Below, piece after piece: positions 1 through 12,780 of a stretch of 64,000 nucleotides of DNA (positions within the stretch are counted from its first letter, which is position 1; the number at the start of each line of letters is the position of its first letter). The stretch covers positions 26,040,001 through 26,104,000 of the forward strand of contig NC_135817.1 of the NCBI RefSeq assembly GCF_964213995.1, written 5' to 3'. The notes beneath the pieces are model-generated. The model was given only the letters and a program-made list of their open reading frames with translations, was not told the DNA's origin and made no database searches. Position numbers and translations under genes: made by a program. This stretch comes from Mustelus asterias. Lineage: Eukaryota.

Positions 1-139
1 TTGGATGAAATTTGTGTGTTTGACATATTCCGTTTCACCTAGTTAAAATCCTGTCTAAAACTTCCATTCCAGTGATTACATGACTATCATTAGATTGGTT
101 GTTAAATATCAAAGTATGGGTAAGTTAGAAGCTTCATTT

Positions 140-465
140 ATAATGAAGCCAGAGAGTTGAATGTGTGGCTCAAAGATTGATGTGGAAAAAATGGATTTCA
201 CTTCATGGGCACTGGCACCAGGATGGGGGAGGTGGGAACAGGGAAGTGTACTATCCAAGGATGAGCGGGTTAGGTTGACTGGCCATGCTAAATTGACCCT
301 AGTGTCAAAGGATTAGCAGGGTAAATAGGTGGAATTACAGGAAGAGGACCTGGGTGGGCTTGTGTTCGGTGCAGACTTGATGGGCCGAATGGCCTCCTTC
401 AGCACTGTAGGGATTCTATGATTAGGACAGCTGTGACCTGAACCATGCTGGGACCAACGTGCTAG
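140..465 (+). mobile_element. Degenerate CR1 ORF1 (esterase-like) fragment interrupted by a 5'-truncated HE1-type SINE (~255-422)
   Basis: Reads like ELNVWLKD*CGKNGFHFMGHWHQ...LNHAGTNVL; the SINE tail matches other copies in the window. Confidence 0.6.
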
Positions 466-484
466 TTTCATAAAGCTCCTGTTT

Positions 485-853
485 GTCCAAGGCCACATGA
501 AACTACAAAAGCTTGTGATCATAGCTCAGTCCATCACCAAACCAGCTCCCATCCATTGACTCTGTCTACATTTCCCACTGCCTCGGAAAAGCAGCCAGCA
601 TAATCAAAGACCCCACGCACCCCAGACACACACTCTTCATCGGGAAAAAGATACAAAAGTCTGAGGTCACATACCAACCGACTCAATAACATTTTCTTCC
701 CTGCTGCTGCCAGACTTCTGAATGGACCTACCTCATATTAAGTTGATCTTTCTCTAAACCCTAGCTATGACTGTAACACTACATTCTGCACTCTCTCATG
801 TCCTTCTCCCCTATGTACTCTATCCCAATACATGTGGCAATAATAAATCAAAT
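485..853 (+). mobile_element. LINE 3' fragment, Rex1/Babar-like
   Basis: Remnant CLGKAASIIKDPTHP...RYKSLRSHTNRLNN-like ORF end and tail CAATAATAAATCAAATC. Confidence 0.6.
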
Positions 854-1014
854 CGTTTAATTTAGGGACTTTAAACTAAATGGCGGATGTTGTTCTGTGA
901 TGGCGACATACCACAAGTTCTCCCACCCATCCACGTCGGGCAACATGCACAAGTTTAAAAGCCTCCCGGCAACAGCCTCTTAAAGGCGCCGCACATTTCG
1001 ACACGGACACCCAC

Positions 1015-1090
1015 CTGAACTCGAGCCCCCCCCCCCGACCCACTGGTCTCCAACCGCCTCCTCCCGTCACTCCAGCAACCAAGGCGACGC
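1015..1090 (-). other. Putative non-coding first exon of a divergent gene, probably OFD1 (5' end approximate)
   Basis: Minus-strand donor CAG|GTGGGT at 1015/1014 inside the CpG island; OFD1 is head-to-head with TRAPPC2 in human; no OFD1 coding sequence is visible in the window. Confidence 0.4.
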
Positions 1091-1092
1091 CT

Positions 1093-1143
1093 CGCGCCAA
1101 CCAGCAACACGTCACCGCGCCAACCAGCAACACGTCACCGCGC
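1093..1143. repeat. 23-bp perfect tandem duplication (CGCGCCAACCAGCAACACGTCAC x2 plus partial copy)
   Basis: Identical units at 1093-1115 and 1116-1138. Confidence 0.95.
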
Positions 1144-1269
1144 ACGCCAACCGTTAATTACGCCCCGCTGCGCTTCAGAAGCGAGAACCCGATTGGTTTA
1201 CAAAAGAGGGTAACATGCACCGTCAAGCATGTTGTCTAGTGATTGGTCCGCGCTCCAATCGGTTTGTCT

Positions 1270-1332
1270 GGACGCTTCCCTCCCGGTTCGGGGTGTCAGT
1301 TGTTGCAGTTAGTGCTGGGCTCTGGAGACCCG
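1270..1332 (+). other. TRAPPC2: TRAPPC2 non-coding exon 1 (TSS approximate)
   Basis: Consensus donor CCG|GTGAGT downstream of the CCAAT boxes in the CpG island. Confidence 0.65.
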
Positions 1333-1561
1333 GTGAGTGCGTAGAGAGGTCGGGACAGCGCTCTAGCCTTGTCATCAGAGAGCCGAGTCCCACAATAGAG
1401 GGGCCCGGCCTCGGGATGGGAGGGAGCCGGCCTCCTCCTCCTCCGTGGGTTCGGGGAGCCTGGACCTGGATTAACTTGTGCTTATCTTTCAATCGGATAG
1501 AGCACTCGGGGTTTGGGGGCGGCAGCTATGAGCAGCCCCATCTTCACCGTCCCCAGTGGCT

Positions 1562-1724
1562 TAGAGTCATAGAGATATACAGCACGGGAAACAGGCCCTT
1601 CGGCCCAACTGGTCCATGCCGACCAGGTTTAACTGAACTAGTCCCATTTGCCTGTGTTTGGCCCATATCCCGCTAAACCTTTCCCATCCATGTACCTGTC
1701 CAGATGTCTTTTGAATGTTGTAAT
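1562..1724 (-). mobile_element. CR1 3' tail
   Basis: Reverse complement resembles the CR1 end at ~5410-5476 (GGGCCGAAGGGCCTGTTTCC...CTCTATGACTCTAA). Confidence 0.8.
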
Positions 1725-3563
1725 TGACTTCACTGCCCATAATGAATGTTTGTAACTTCAGATTGAGTAATTGTCTGGGAGCCTATTCTCCCTCTCCATT
1801 GACAACATAGGGGTGGGGGAGGCAGATGTTCCATCCAACTGTGCAATAAAATTCCAGAAATACAAATGCAGGATTTTATGCTTTATTGAATATCATCTTT
1901 TGGTATATTTTTTCATCTTTATTTTATCTGTTCATCACTAATCCTTCAGTGCTGCTCATTCCCTATAGGTGGCAGTGGTCGCAAAATGATTAGTGATGAG
2001 AGAGGCAGTTCAGCCTATCCAGGCAGATCTTAAAGCTCCCTCATTTCACAATCAAACTCTTAAAGGATTGTAAGGTTTTATGTTTCCACTACTCTTTTAT
2101 AAGAAGTCTTTTCTGTCCATTCAGTGCATTTAATGTGAAGGGGAATTTTCTTAAATTTACGTTTTTGCTATTTTAAATGGATAAGCCTTTCTTACTATGA
2201 CAATCTTTCAGCTTTACTTTTTCCATACCCTTAACTATGTTGCATACTTTTAAGATCACACTCAGATGCTGCTTTTTTTTTTTCAAGCTGTCCCTTCAGT
2301 CTTTTCATATTTTAGACCTTTGACATGGAATATCAGCCTCGTGCCTTCTTCATCTAAACATCATTCTTGTGTCCCAGCAAAAGAAATAGATGCTATTCAA
2401 GGGGCTTTTTGGCCAGGGCTCTATACTGTTTGTCATTTCCTTTGACTTGTAACCTTACTGTTTTACCCATGTCTTTCAATGTACATTGGTGTTGTTGATT
2501 GCTACCCTTCACTGGTTTGATATCCTGAGCATTGAGGGAACTGTTTATCATTTGTTTTTTTACATATACACCGAGAAGATAGATTGTATATTTTATCCAA
2601 CTTGCTGTATAATTTGAATGGTCTCTTCAGATTTCAGCCTCCTATCTAGTTTGTATAGTTTGACCATTTCACGGTAAGTTTCTGAATCCTTCACTAACAT
2701 GAATTGAAATGGTAAAGGTCCCAACATGAAGCCACAGGGTTCCCTACTTATTCCTTCTAGTCTCCATCATCCAAATGTAATTTTACTATATGCTCAGTTT
2801 TTGATCCAGTTTCTTATGTTCCTGGGGTTTACCTTTAATTTGTATTAGTCTGAGTTAAAACTTTGTTTAATATCTTTTTGAAAGTCTGTGTTGCATGTCT
2901 TAAAGCTTTCCAAGGATTTCTCTGGGATTTCTTTTTCTAAATTCAGCTTGACTACTGTTAATAAGTAGATCACTATTGTACATCTATTTGCACCTTGCTT
3001 AATTAGACATTCTGCATGTATTAATCTGCTTGGTGTTTAGCAATGAAACTAGGATCCATTCCTTGCCTCTGCCCCCTTAATTTGGATAACTGAGACCAAT
3101 CATAGATTGCATTTGCCCTGTATCTCAGTTATGCCCTGTAATTATTGCTAGCCACCAATTAGAGAGCATTATTGACAGTCCCTGGGAAGCAGTCATGCGT
3201 TTTAAGTTTCCTTTGTACTTTGATTTCTGTTCGGGCTGTTTCTCCCCCCCCCCCCCCTCCTTTTGGGGAGCTGCCCCCTTTTACTTTGTCCTGACTTAAT
3301 CTGAGTTTGTTTATTTGGTTTGACCTAAAAAGAGGGCAGAGGGGATTTTAATGGGAAGAGAGAAAATGTTACTTAAAAAAAAAAAGAAATTGAGGGGAAT
3401 TAATAAACTTTAATCGGAGGCAGAATATAAATGCTTTCAAAGTAGTTTTACTTAGAAATTTTTGATTCCCATCTTGAGCATATATACTTGAGCTCCTGCA
3501 AAACCACAAAAGTGATAGTTCTTGATTAATTTTAATCTGAATGTTGTTTTCTTTACAGGTTAG

Positions 3564-3674
<111 letters not shown>

Positions 3675-3981
3675 TAGTTATAAATCACTCTTCCTTAGAA
3701 AACATTTCTACCCTATATGTAGTGAAGGTTGACTGTTTCCATCTCTGCCATTTATGCCCATACCTCTCTGGCAATATTCTTTGCCAAAGCTCTAATTCAC
3801 ACTTTTTAAAAATCTACTATAATGTTGTTCTGTCTCCACTTTTGAAAACTTCAAATTATTGAAAACTGCAAATCCTATGTCTTATCCATCTTCTTGTCCT
3901 TGTCATGCTGGACTAGCTTCCGGTGTCAAGCAAAAGAAAATCAACTTGCAAGATTCTTGTTCTAAAATTCCTGTGACCCTT

Positions 3982-5476
3982 CAGGACATAGTGGGAGGCG
4001 AGGGAGGAAATTGCGGGTCCCCTAGCCGAGATATTTGAATCATCGATAGTCACGGGTGAGGTGCCTGAAGATTGGAGAGTGACAAATGTTGTGCCTTTCT
4101 TTAAAAAGGGCTGCAGGGAAAAGCCTGGGAACTACAGGCCCGTGAGCCTCACATCTGTGGTGGGTAAATTGTTGGAAGATATTTTGAGACAGGATCTACA
4201 GGCATTTAGAGATGCAAGGACATTTAGGGACAGTCAGCATGGCTTTGAGTGGAAAATCATGTCTCTCAAATTTAATTGTGTTTTTTGAAGGGGTAACCAA
4301 GAAGATAGATGAGGGCAGTGCAGTTGATGTTGTCTACATGGACTTTAGCAAGGCCTTTGACAAGGTACCGCATGGTAGGTTGTTGCATAAAGTTAAATCT
4401 CACGGGATCCAGGGTGAGGTATCTAAGTGGATACAAAATTGGCTTCTTGACAGAAGCCAGAGGGTGGTTGTAGAGAGTTGTTTTTCAAACTGGAGGCCTG
4501 TGACCAGCAGTGTGCCTCAGGGATCAGTGCTGGGCCTACTGTTATTTGTCATTTATATTAATGATTTGGATGAGAATATAGGGGGCATGGTTAGTAAGTT
4601 TGCAGATGATACCAAGATTGGTGGCATAGTGGACAGTGAAGAAAGTTATCTCCAATTGCAACGGGATCTTGATCAATTGGGCCAGTGGGCTGACGAATGG
4701 CAGATGGAGTTTAATTTAGACAAATGCGAGGTGATGCATTTTGGTAGATTGAACCAGGGCAGGACTTACTCAGTTAATGGTAGGGCATTGGAGAGAGTCA
4801 CAGAACAAAGAGATCTAGGGGTACATGTTCATAGCTCCTTGAAAGTGGAGTCACAGGTGGACAGAGTGGTGAAGAAGGCATTCACATTGCTTGGTTTCAT
4901 CGGTCAGAACATTGAATACAGGAGTTTGGACATGTTAAAGTTGTACAAGACATTGGTAAGGCCACACTTGAAATACTGTGTGCAATCCTGGTCACCTAAT
5001 TATAGAAAGGATATTATTAAACTAGAAAGAGTGCAGAAAAGATTTACTAGGTTGCTATTGGGACTTGATGGATTGAGTTATAAGGAGAGAATAGACTGGG
5101 ACTTTTTTTTCTGGAGCGTAGGAGGCTGAGGCTGAGACCTTATAGAGGTCTATAAAATAATGAGGGGCACAGACAAGGTAGATAATCAATATCTTTTCCC
5201 AAAGGTAGGGGAGTCTAAAACTAGAGGGCATAGGTTTAAGGGGAGAGGGGCAATTTTTTCAGAGGGTGGTGAGTGTCTGGAACAAGCTGCCAGAGGTAGT
5301 AGTAGAGGTGGGTACAATTTTGTCTTTTTAAAAGCATTTAGATAGTTACATGGGTACAATGTGTATAGATGGATATTGGCCAAATGTGGGCAATTGGGAT
5401 TAGTAAGGGTGGCATGGACAAGTTGGGCCGAAGGGCCTGTTTCCATGCTGTAAACCTCTGACTCTATGACTCTAAC
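3982..5476 (+). mobile_element. 5'-truncated CR1 LINE (ORF2 reverse transcriptase, frameshifted) in a TRAPPC2 intron
   Basis: PGNYRPVSLTS, YMDFSKAFDKVPH, VPQGSVLG and KFADDTK motifs; microsatellite-like tail CTCTGACTCTATGACTCTAA. Confidence 0.95.
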
Positions 5477-6060
5477 CCAAGTGATCTTCTCCAGCACATA
5501 TACATATACAACTGCTTCTGTGGCAGCAGGCAACTGCTTCTATCCCCTCGCCACATAGTTCTTCAGTCACTACACTTGTTATTTGTAAACCTCACATCAT
5601 CTCCAAAAGCCTCACGATGATTTCCTTTGACCCCGTCTCTGCCAGCCTCCTGTTTCTCCACTGCTTCTACCCACTTTGGATTTTCCGTTTACTTCCTATA
5701 GCTACCAGCAATTGTGATTTGGTTGCTCTAATGTTAAAACAGGGAAATATTGTTTCCATCCAACTACCGAGTGAATCGTTTTGCAGGGTAGCAATTGGAA
5801 AGGAAAGCTGCCATTTTTTTCCAGAAAGGTTTCTTGGAGAAATTCTCTCAAAGGGTCATGATTCTGTGAACACTATCCCAGAGCATGGTGGATGCAGGAC
5901 ATTGAGTAAATTTAAAGGAGGTGGACAGATTTTTAATTAAGGGTTTGAATGATTATGGTGAATGGACAGGTAAGTGGAGTTGAGGGTGAGATTAGCATGA
6001 TCGTATTAAATGGTGGTGCAGGCTCAAGGGGCTAAATTGCCTACTCCTCCTAATTCTTAA

Positions 6061-7869
<1,809 letters not shown>

Positions 7870-7955
7870 ATATGAGATTCATTATGTTACATGATGTTCG
7901 GCAAGAAGATGGGATAAAAAATTTCTTTAATGATGTCTATGATCTGTACATTAAA
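7870..7955 (+). CDS. TRAPPC2: Sedlin coding exon 3
   Basis: (H)[28 protein letters not shown]; donor AAA|GTAAGT. Confidence 0.97.
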
Positions 7956-8361
7956 GTAAGTGGATTTAAATTTAACTTTTGTCTTTTCCTACAATTAAAT
8001 TTTTTAGACTAATTTTTTGTCCTTTTTCCTACTGGGATATGTTTAACTTGTCTGATTAGGTAATCTTGCTAATGTTTCCTATTCTATATATATTCATGAA
8101 GATTAGGTTCACCAATAAATATAACTCTGATTTCAATGGGCCTATGATCAGACTTAATGCAGCATGGAATGTTAATGCAGATGGTGATTTCATGTTGAGG
8201 GTGAACAGGGAAGGTCTCCTGTCAGCTCTTGGGAGATTGCATGGAGGAGAAGCAAAATTGTCTTTCCATAAGTAAATCAGTATGATTACTAGATATGGCA
8301 CCTGTAAGGACCATTTAAAGTATAATTAAATCCTGTATGAACAAATTCTGCACCAGTCATA

Positions 8362-8645
8362 AGTCGATTCCTGGTTTGAGTCACTGTCTGTGTGGAGTTT
8401 GCACATTCTCCTCATGTCTGCGTGGGTTTCCTCCAGGTGCTCCAGTTTCCTCCCACAGACCAAAGATGTGTGGGTTAGGTTCTTTGGCCGTGCTAAAATT
8501 GCCCCTTAGTGTCCTGAGATGCGTAGGTTAGAGGGGTTAGCGGGTAAATATGTAGGGATATGGGGGTAGGGCCTGGGTGGGATTGTGGTCGGTGCAGACT
8601 CGATGGGCCAAATGGCCTCTTCTGCACTGTAGGGTTTCTATGATC
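8362..8645 (+). mobile_element. HE1-type V-SINE (head truncated) in the last TRAPPC2 intron
   Basis: V-domain (TGTGTGGAGTTTGCACATTCTCC...GGGTTTCCTCC) and CR1-derived tail; high similarity to other copies. Confidence 0.9.
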
Positions 8646-8743
8646 ATAACTGTCCACATCTTTACACTTCTGATTCTGGATAGGTTCAGCTCTTGTGCTT
8701 AAGAAATATTTCCACTCTAATGTATGTTGTTTTTTCCCTCCAG

Positions 8744-8842
8744 TTTGCCATGAATCCATTTTACGAACCCAACACCCTCATTCGATCAACAGCATTTGAT
8801 AGAAAAGTTCAGTTCTTGGGGAAGAAGCATCTGCTAAGTTGA
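8744..8842 (+). CDS. TRAPPC2: Sedlin coding exon 4 (stop); total protein 140 aa
   Basis: [32 protein letters not shown]; acceptor ttttttccctccAG; exon lengths 93+145+86+99 = 423 nt. Confidence 0.97.
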   Translation, partial: FAMNPFYEPNTLIRSTAFDRKVQFLGKKHLLS

Positions 8843-9034
8843 ACAAATGATAGTGTGTATGTGTATATATAGTAAATAAGAATATAAAAACAGAAGTACC
8901 TTTATTCTGTATATTTTGTTTTTTTGAGGTCGATGATTTTACTGTAACAATTCTGCTATTCCTTCAAGCTTGTGTTGGGAAATGTTATCATTTAATATTT
9001 CCTAAGTGCAATGGCATGTGTAGGTTAACCTTTC

Positions 9035-9040
9035 AATAAA
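9035..9040 (+). terminator. TRAPPC2: Candidate TRAPPC2 polyadenylation signal
   Basis: First AATAAA about 190 nt after the stop, followed by T-rich sequence. Confidence 0.6.
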
Positions 9041-11379
9041 TGTGTCCCTATTGAAGTTTCCTTTGTAATTAATCAGTCATGTTTTAATCAGCTTTAAGAA
9101 TAATTGTGGTATACATCTGTAGTAAATCTTGAATCTGTATGCACTTCAATAATTACTCCTCCTGTCATACTTTTACATTCAATTCCTAGGTAGTTGTAGT
9201 TTTCTGTCAGTCATGGTATTGTGGAATGCCTGCACAGCAAAAAAAAAATGGCCATATTCCAACCATTTCCTCTACTTCATAGCTGTAAATTCTATAACAT
9301 AATATCAGTGTGGGAATGTCTGTCTATACAGGCACTGAGCTGTACCTACAGTTATTTACACCTGCTTTAGGATTATTTCAAAGCTGCAAAAGCTTGCACT
9401 TCTTCTGTTGAAGTTCCTCAGGTGTTAGCAACTGGCACAACAATGTGCATAGCTCAAATGGGAGACATTCAGCCCTTCTAAGATCCAAGCTGACTGCTAA
9501 ACAATGAGGCGTCCCCTGGGCAGCAAACTCTAATTACTCTTAGCTGGTGTTTAGCAGTATTCCACAGCTGCTGAGGCTTCCATTCCATTATGTGAGGCAC
9601 TGTCCTAAGTCATTCCACCCTCATCTCATTGGTGAGGGGAAAACAAGTAATTCACTGGAAACAAATCAGACAACACTTCTGATGTTGAAGCCTCATTCGA
9701 CAAGTCCTGTACAACATTAAAGACTTGGACTAATAAATAGCTAACATTCATGCCACAGAAGTGTCCCTCCAGCAATGTCTTTAACATGATAATTATAAAC
9801 TTCAACTGAAACATTTGCTCCCTTTTCTACTGACAGTGTCAAGGGATAGCATCATGCTACCACTTTGAGGGATGCATGTTATAAGAACAGAACACACATG
9901 GCCACAGCTCTAATATCCTTGAGCTTTCTCTCTGAATATCTTCATTATGTAGTATGAACCTATGTGTGCATAATTCCTTGAGTGATTGGTGCCTTTATCA
10001 GTATAATATACACATGTACCATCTACAAAAAATATTACAGCAACTTACCAAGTGTCGTTTGACAGAAAATTCCAAACTTACAGCCTCTAAAAGGACCAAG
10101 GCAGCAGTTACATGGAAACATCACCACCTGCAAGTTCCCCAAGTCTGACCATCCTGACTTGAAACTAAAATAAAAGCAAAGTACTGCAGAAACTGGAAAT
10201 CTGCAATAAAAAATAAAACGCTTGATAAATTCAGCAGGTTTGGCAGCATTTGTGGTGAGAAACAGTGGAAATGTGAAGAATCATTTAGAATTGTCTGACT
10301 TGCATCAAGATTCTGGAAATCTAATAACGCTGTGGATGCAACTAAAACACGTGGACTGCAGTCGTGCAAGAAGGTGCCTCTTCAATGACAACATACCTGT
10401 TGGAGTTTAAGCTGGTGTTGAGACTTTTTAACAATGACAATTAGGGATGAGCAACAAATTGCCAATGATGTATGCATCCTATTAACAAATCAAACCTGTT
10501 ATTCAAGGCCACTTTGCCTTCCCTTGGTGTCTGATATTGTCTGGGTGTTCAGTCTTGAACTGCAGTGGCAGGAGATGGCTGGCTGAGACTTGGAGGCATT
10601 TCCTCCTGAAGGAAGAAAATTGAATGAGTAGTGAATGCAATCTGCATCTTATATGAAATGTAAGCCAGATTTCAGAAGGCACAATGAGGTGAGAATTGGG
10701 TCTAAAAATGTAATGTCTTGGGATAGAACCCCTTTTCCCTTTTGTGTTCAACTGTGAAAAAAGGAACAGTTGTACAAGTAAGGAAGTGTTTCTGTGGTAC
10801 CTGCATGCTGGTGGTAAGATGGTGTTACAACTGGGTACAATGCTTCTTATTGTGCTTTGTCGTGAGGTACAACCACCTTCAATTACCTTGGATGTCCTGG
10901 AGCAATCGGTGAACTTTCTATTGAGCAGCTATGCTGTGGTTATTAGAGGTGGCATATAATACCATGGCTATCTCCTATATACCTGGATCATGCCCTTGGA
11001 GGCTTCCCCTCCCTTGTGTGAAAAAACTATATCTCATTAACTAGATTTAGAGGATAACATAGGTTGCAATGAGCCCACGTTTGCAGACTCTGTGTCCCAA
11101 AAAAGTCGTAGACATTGCAGTTACTCATATAGTTAGAGAAAAAATGGCTGTCTTTGTCCCTTCAGCCACTGCAGTTTTACAAGATTTTATATCACCAACT
11201 AGGCTATTATCAAGGGCACTAGAACATTAGCATCCACCATGTGCATTTAACAAATATACACCGAGGAGATGCAAGGTGATGTTTGTCAACATTACATTAC
11301 ATTCAATTGTGACTTCACCTTGGCAGTTGATTATCTCCAGGCTAACCCCCTCCCCCCCAGTATCCTGTGGTAGAATCCA

Positions 11380-11800
11380 CAGGTGAACCACCATCAATGG
11401 GAGGGCTGCAACAAGCAATCAATCAAATGAAATACAACAAAGCTTACAGCTCAGATGATATTCCATCTAAGGGCTTCAAAGCTGGCAGACTCTTGGTCCA
11501 AGACTCCATCCTATGGGTTTGAGAGGAAAATTAACCCCCTATCCCCACCCAACTAGAGGAATGCCACTAGTTTAATCATCTTGAAGAAGGGAGTTAAATC
11601 ACACTGTGGAAAGCTAGAGGTAGTTCCCTCTTGTTTTACATGCATTCTCCTGAAATGCATATTTGCTGCGGCTGAGGACATCCTCCCAGAGTCGGTTTGG
11701 CTTTAGATATTCCAAGGCAACCTCCAACAAGGCCTTTATAGCCAGACCATTACAAGAAAAATGGTGAGAATACCAAGACCCCTTCATTACATTTTTGTGT
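11380..11800 (+). mobile_element. Degenerate RTE-clade LINE RT fragment
   Basis: PPSMGGLQQAINQMKYNKAYSSDDIP, IILKKGVKSHCG and LPES remnants resemble the RTE pattern AINQMKNNKAPGPDGIP / IFKKGDKSDCGNYRG / LPESQCGFR. Confidence 0.65.
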
Positions 11801-11829
11801 CATACGTGGAACATTGTCCCGGTCCTACT

Positions 11830-12440
11830 CAGGTCCCTTCCTTTACTTATTTCTAGTGCATCAGTGCATTCACTGCTGCTTCCTGCTCAGGCCTCCATCT
11901 AAAAAAAACATTCTACTCCCCATCTCTCACCTATGCCTTCATATGCTCCAATTCCAGTTGTTCCCCTCCTCAACTTCTTAATGTCATTGTTGACGATAGG
12001 CTGTCAACTAGTATCTAGTAAAGCACATTGACGCTTACGACTACTTGACTCTACTTTCTGTTGTTGCTTCCTGTAGAGATTATTCCATCCTCATTTTGTC
12101 TCTACTCAAATAATGACACTTTTCATGCTAGCCTGCCTTATCTGTGCTTGACAGGGCCCTTATCCATATCCATTCCATTTCCCACACACTATTACACCTT
12201 CTCGTCTCCCTCTGAGAACCATAGTAGGATTCCCCACTTTGCACTCACATCAGCCCCCACGTTCAACAGACTTCTTATTTCTTCCAGGAAACATATCTTC
12301 CCTTTCTTCATTCACAAGAAACTATTGACTCCACAATGACCCATTCTACTTTTCCATTCTCTAATTCTTCCTACTTGACCTTCCCATTCAACTGCAGGAG
12401 CTACAGCAACTGCCCTTTTCCCTCCTGCCTTCCACAAAGA
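11830..12440 (+). mobile_element. Degenerate Penelope-like RT fragment
   Basis: Remnant resembling LSTSIYYKPTDSHSYLDYTSSHPASCKDSIP at ~12000-12090; pyrimidine-rich composition. Confidence 0.55.
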
Positions 12441-12546
12441 ATCCTGGGAAATCTCTACATTGGATTTTATTGCTAATTAACAAAATCAACTAATGTAAAT
12501 ACTATGATTGGTTGCACGTTAATTTCATTGTTGTGCAGAACTTTTT

Positions 12547-12780
12547 AGCACTGCTGCCACAACACCAGGGTTCATACCCCGGCTTGGGTCAATCTGTGTG
12601 GAGTCTGTACGTTCACCCCATGGATTTCCTCCAGGTGCTCTGGTTTCCTCCCACAGTCCGAAAGACATGATTAGGTGCATTGGCTATGCTAAATTCTCCC
12701 TCCGTGTACCCAAACAGGTGCCAGATTGTAGCGAATAGGGAATTTTCACAGTAACTTCATTGTAGTGTTAATGTAAACCA
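12547..12780 (+). mobile_element. V-SINE variant with alternative tail
   Basis: tRNA-like head, V-domain and tail TTTTCACAGTAACTTCATTG; same family on - at ~49170-49465 and ~52417-52692. Confidence 0.8.

Larger units (their letters stand above)
880..1520. promoter_or_regulatory. CpG-island bidirectional promoter (TRAPPC2 on +, divergent gene on -)
   Basis: GC/CpG-rich island in AT-rich DNA; CCAAT boxes (ATTGG ~1192 and ~1242, CCAAT ~1255); outward-facing splice donors on both strands (CCG|GTGAGT at 1332/1333 on +, CAG|GTGGGT at 1015/1014 on -). Confidence 0.8.

Noticed and set aside
1093-1143. CRISPR-like or other prokaryotic repeat array
   Set aside because: Two abutting units without spacers in a eukaryotic promoter; nothing prokaryotic in the window.
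876-1676. ORFs of 89-153 aa over the CpG island (also 27881-28313)
   Set aside because: GC-rich promoter DNA with few stops; they run across splice donors and into repeats and resemble no known protein.
4212-5129. Active or domesticated reverse transcriptase (305-aa ORF)
   Set aside because: 5'-truncated CR1 with frameshifts on both sides, no endonuclease or promoter; an ordinary young insertion.
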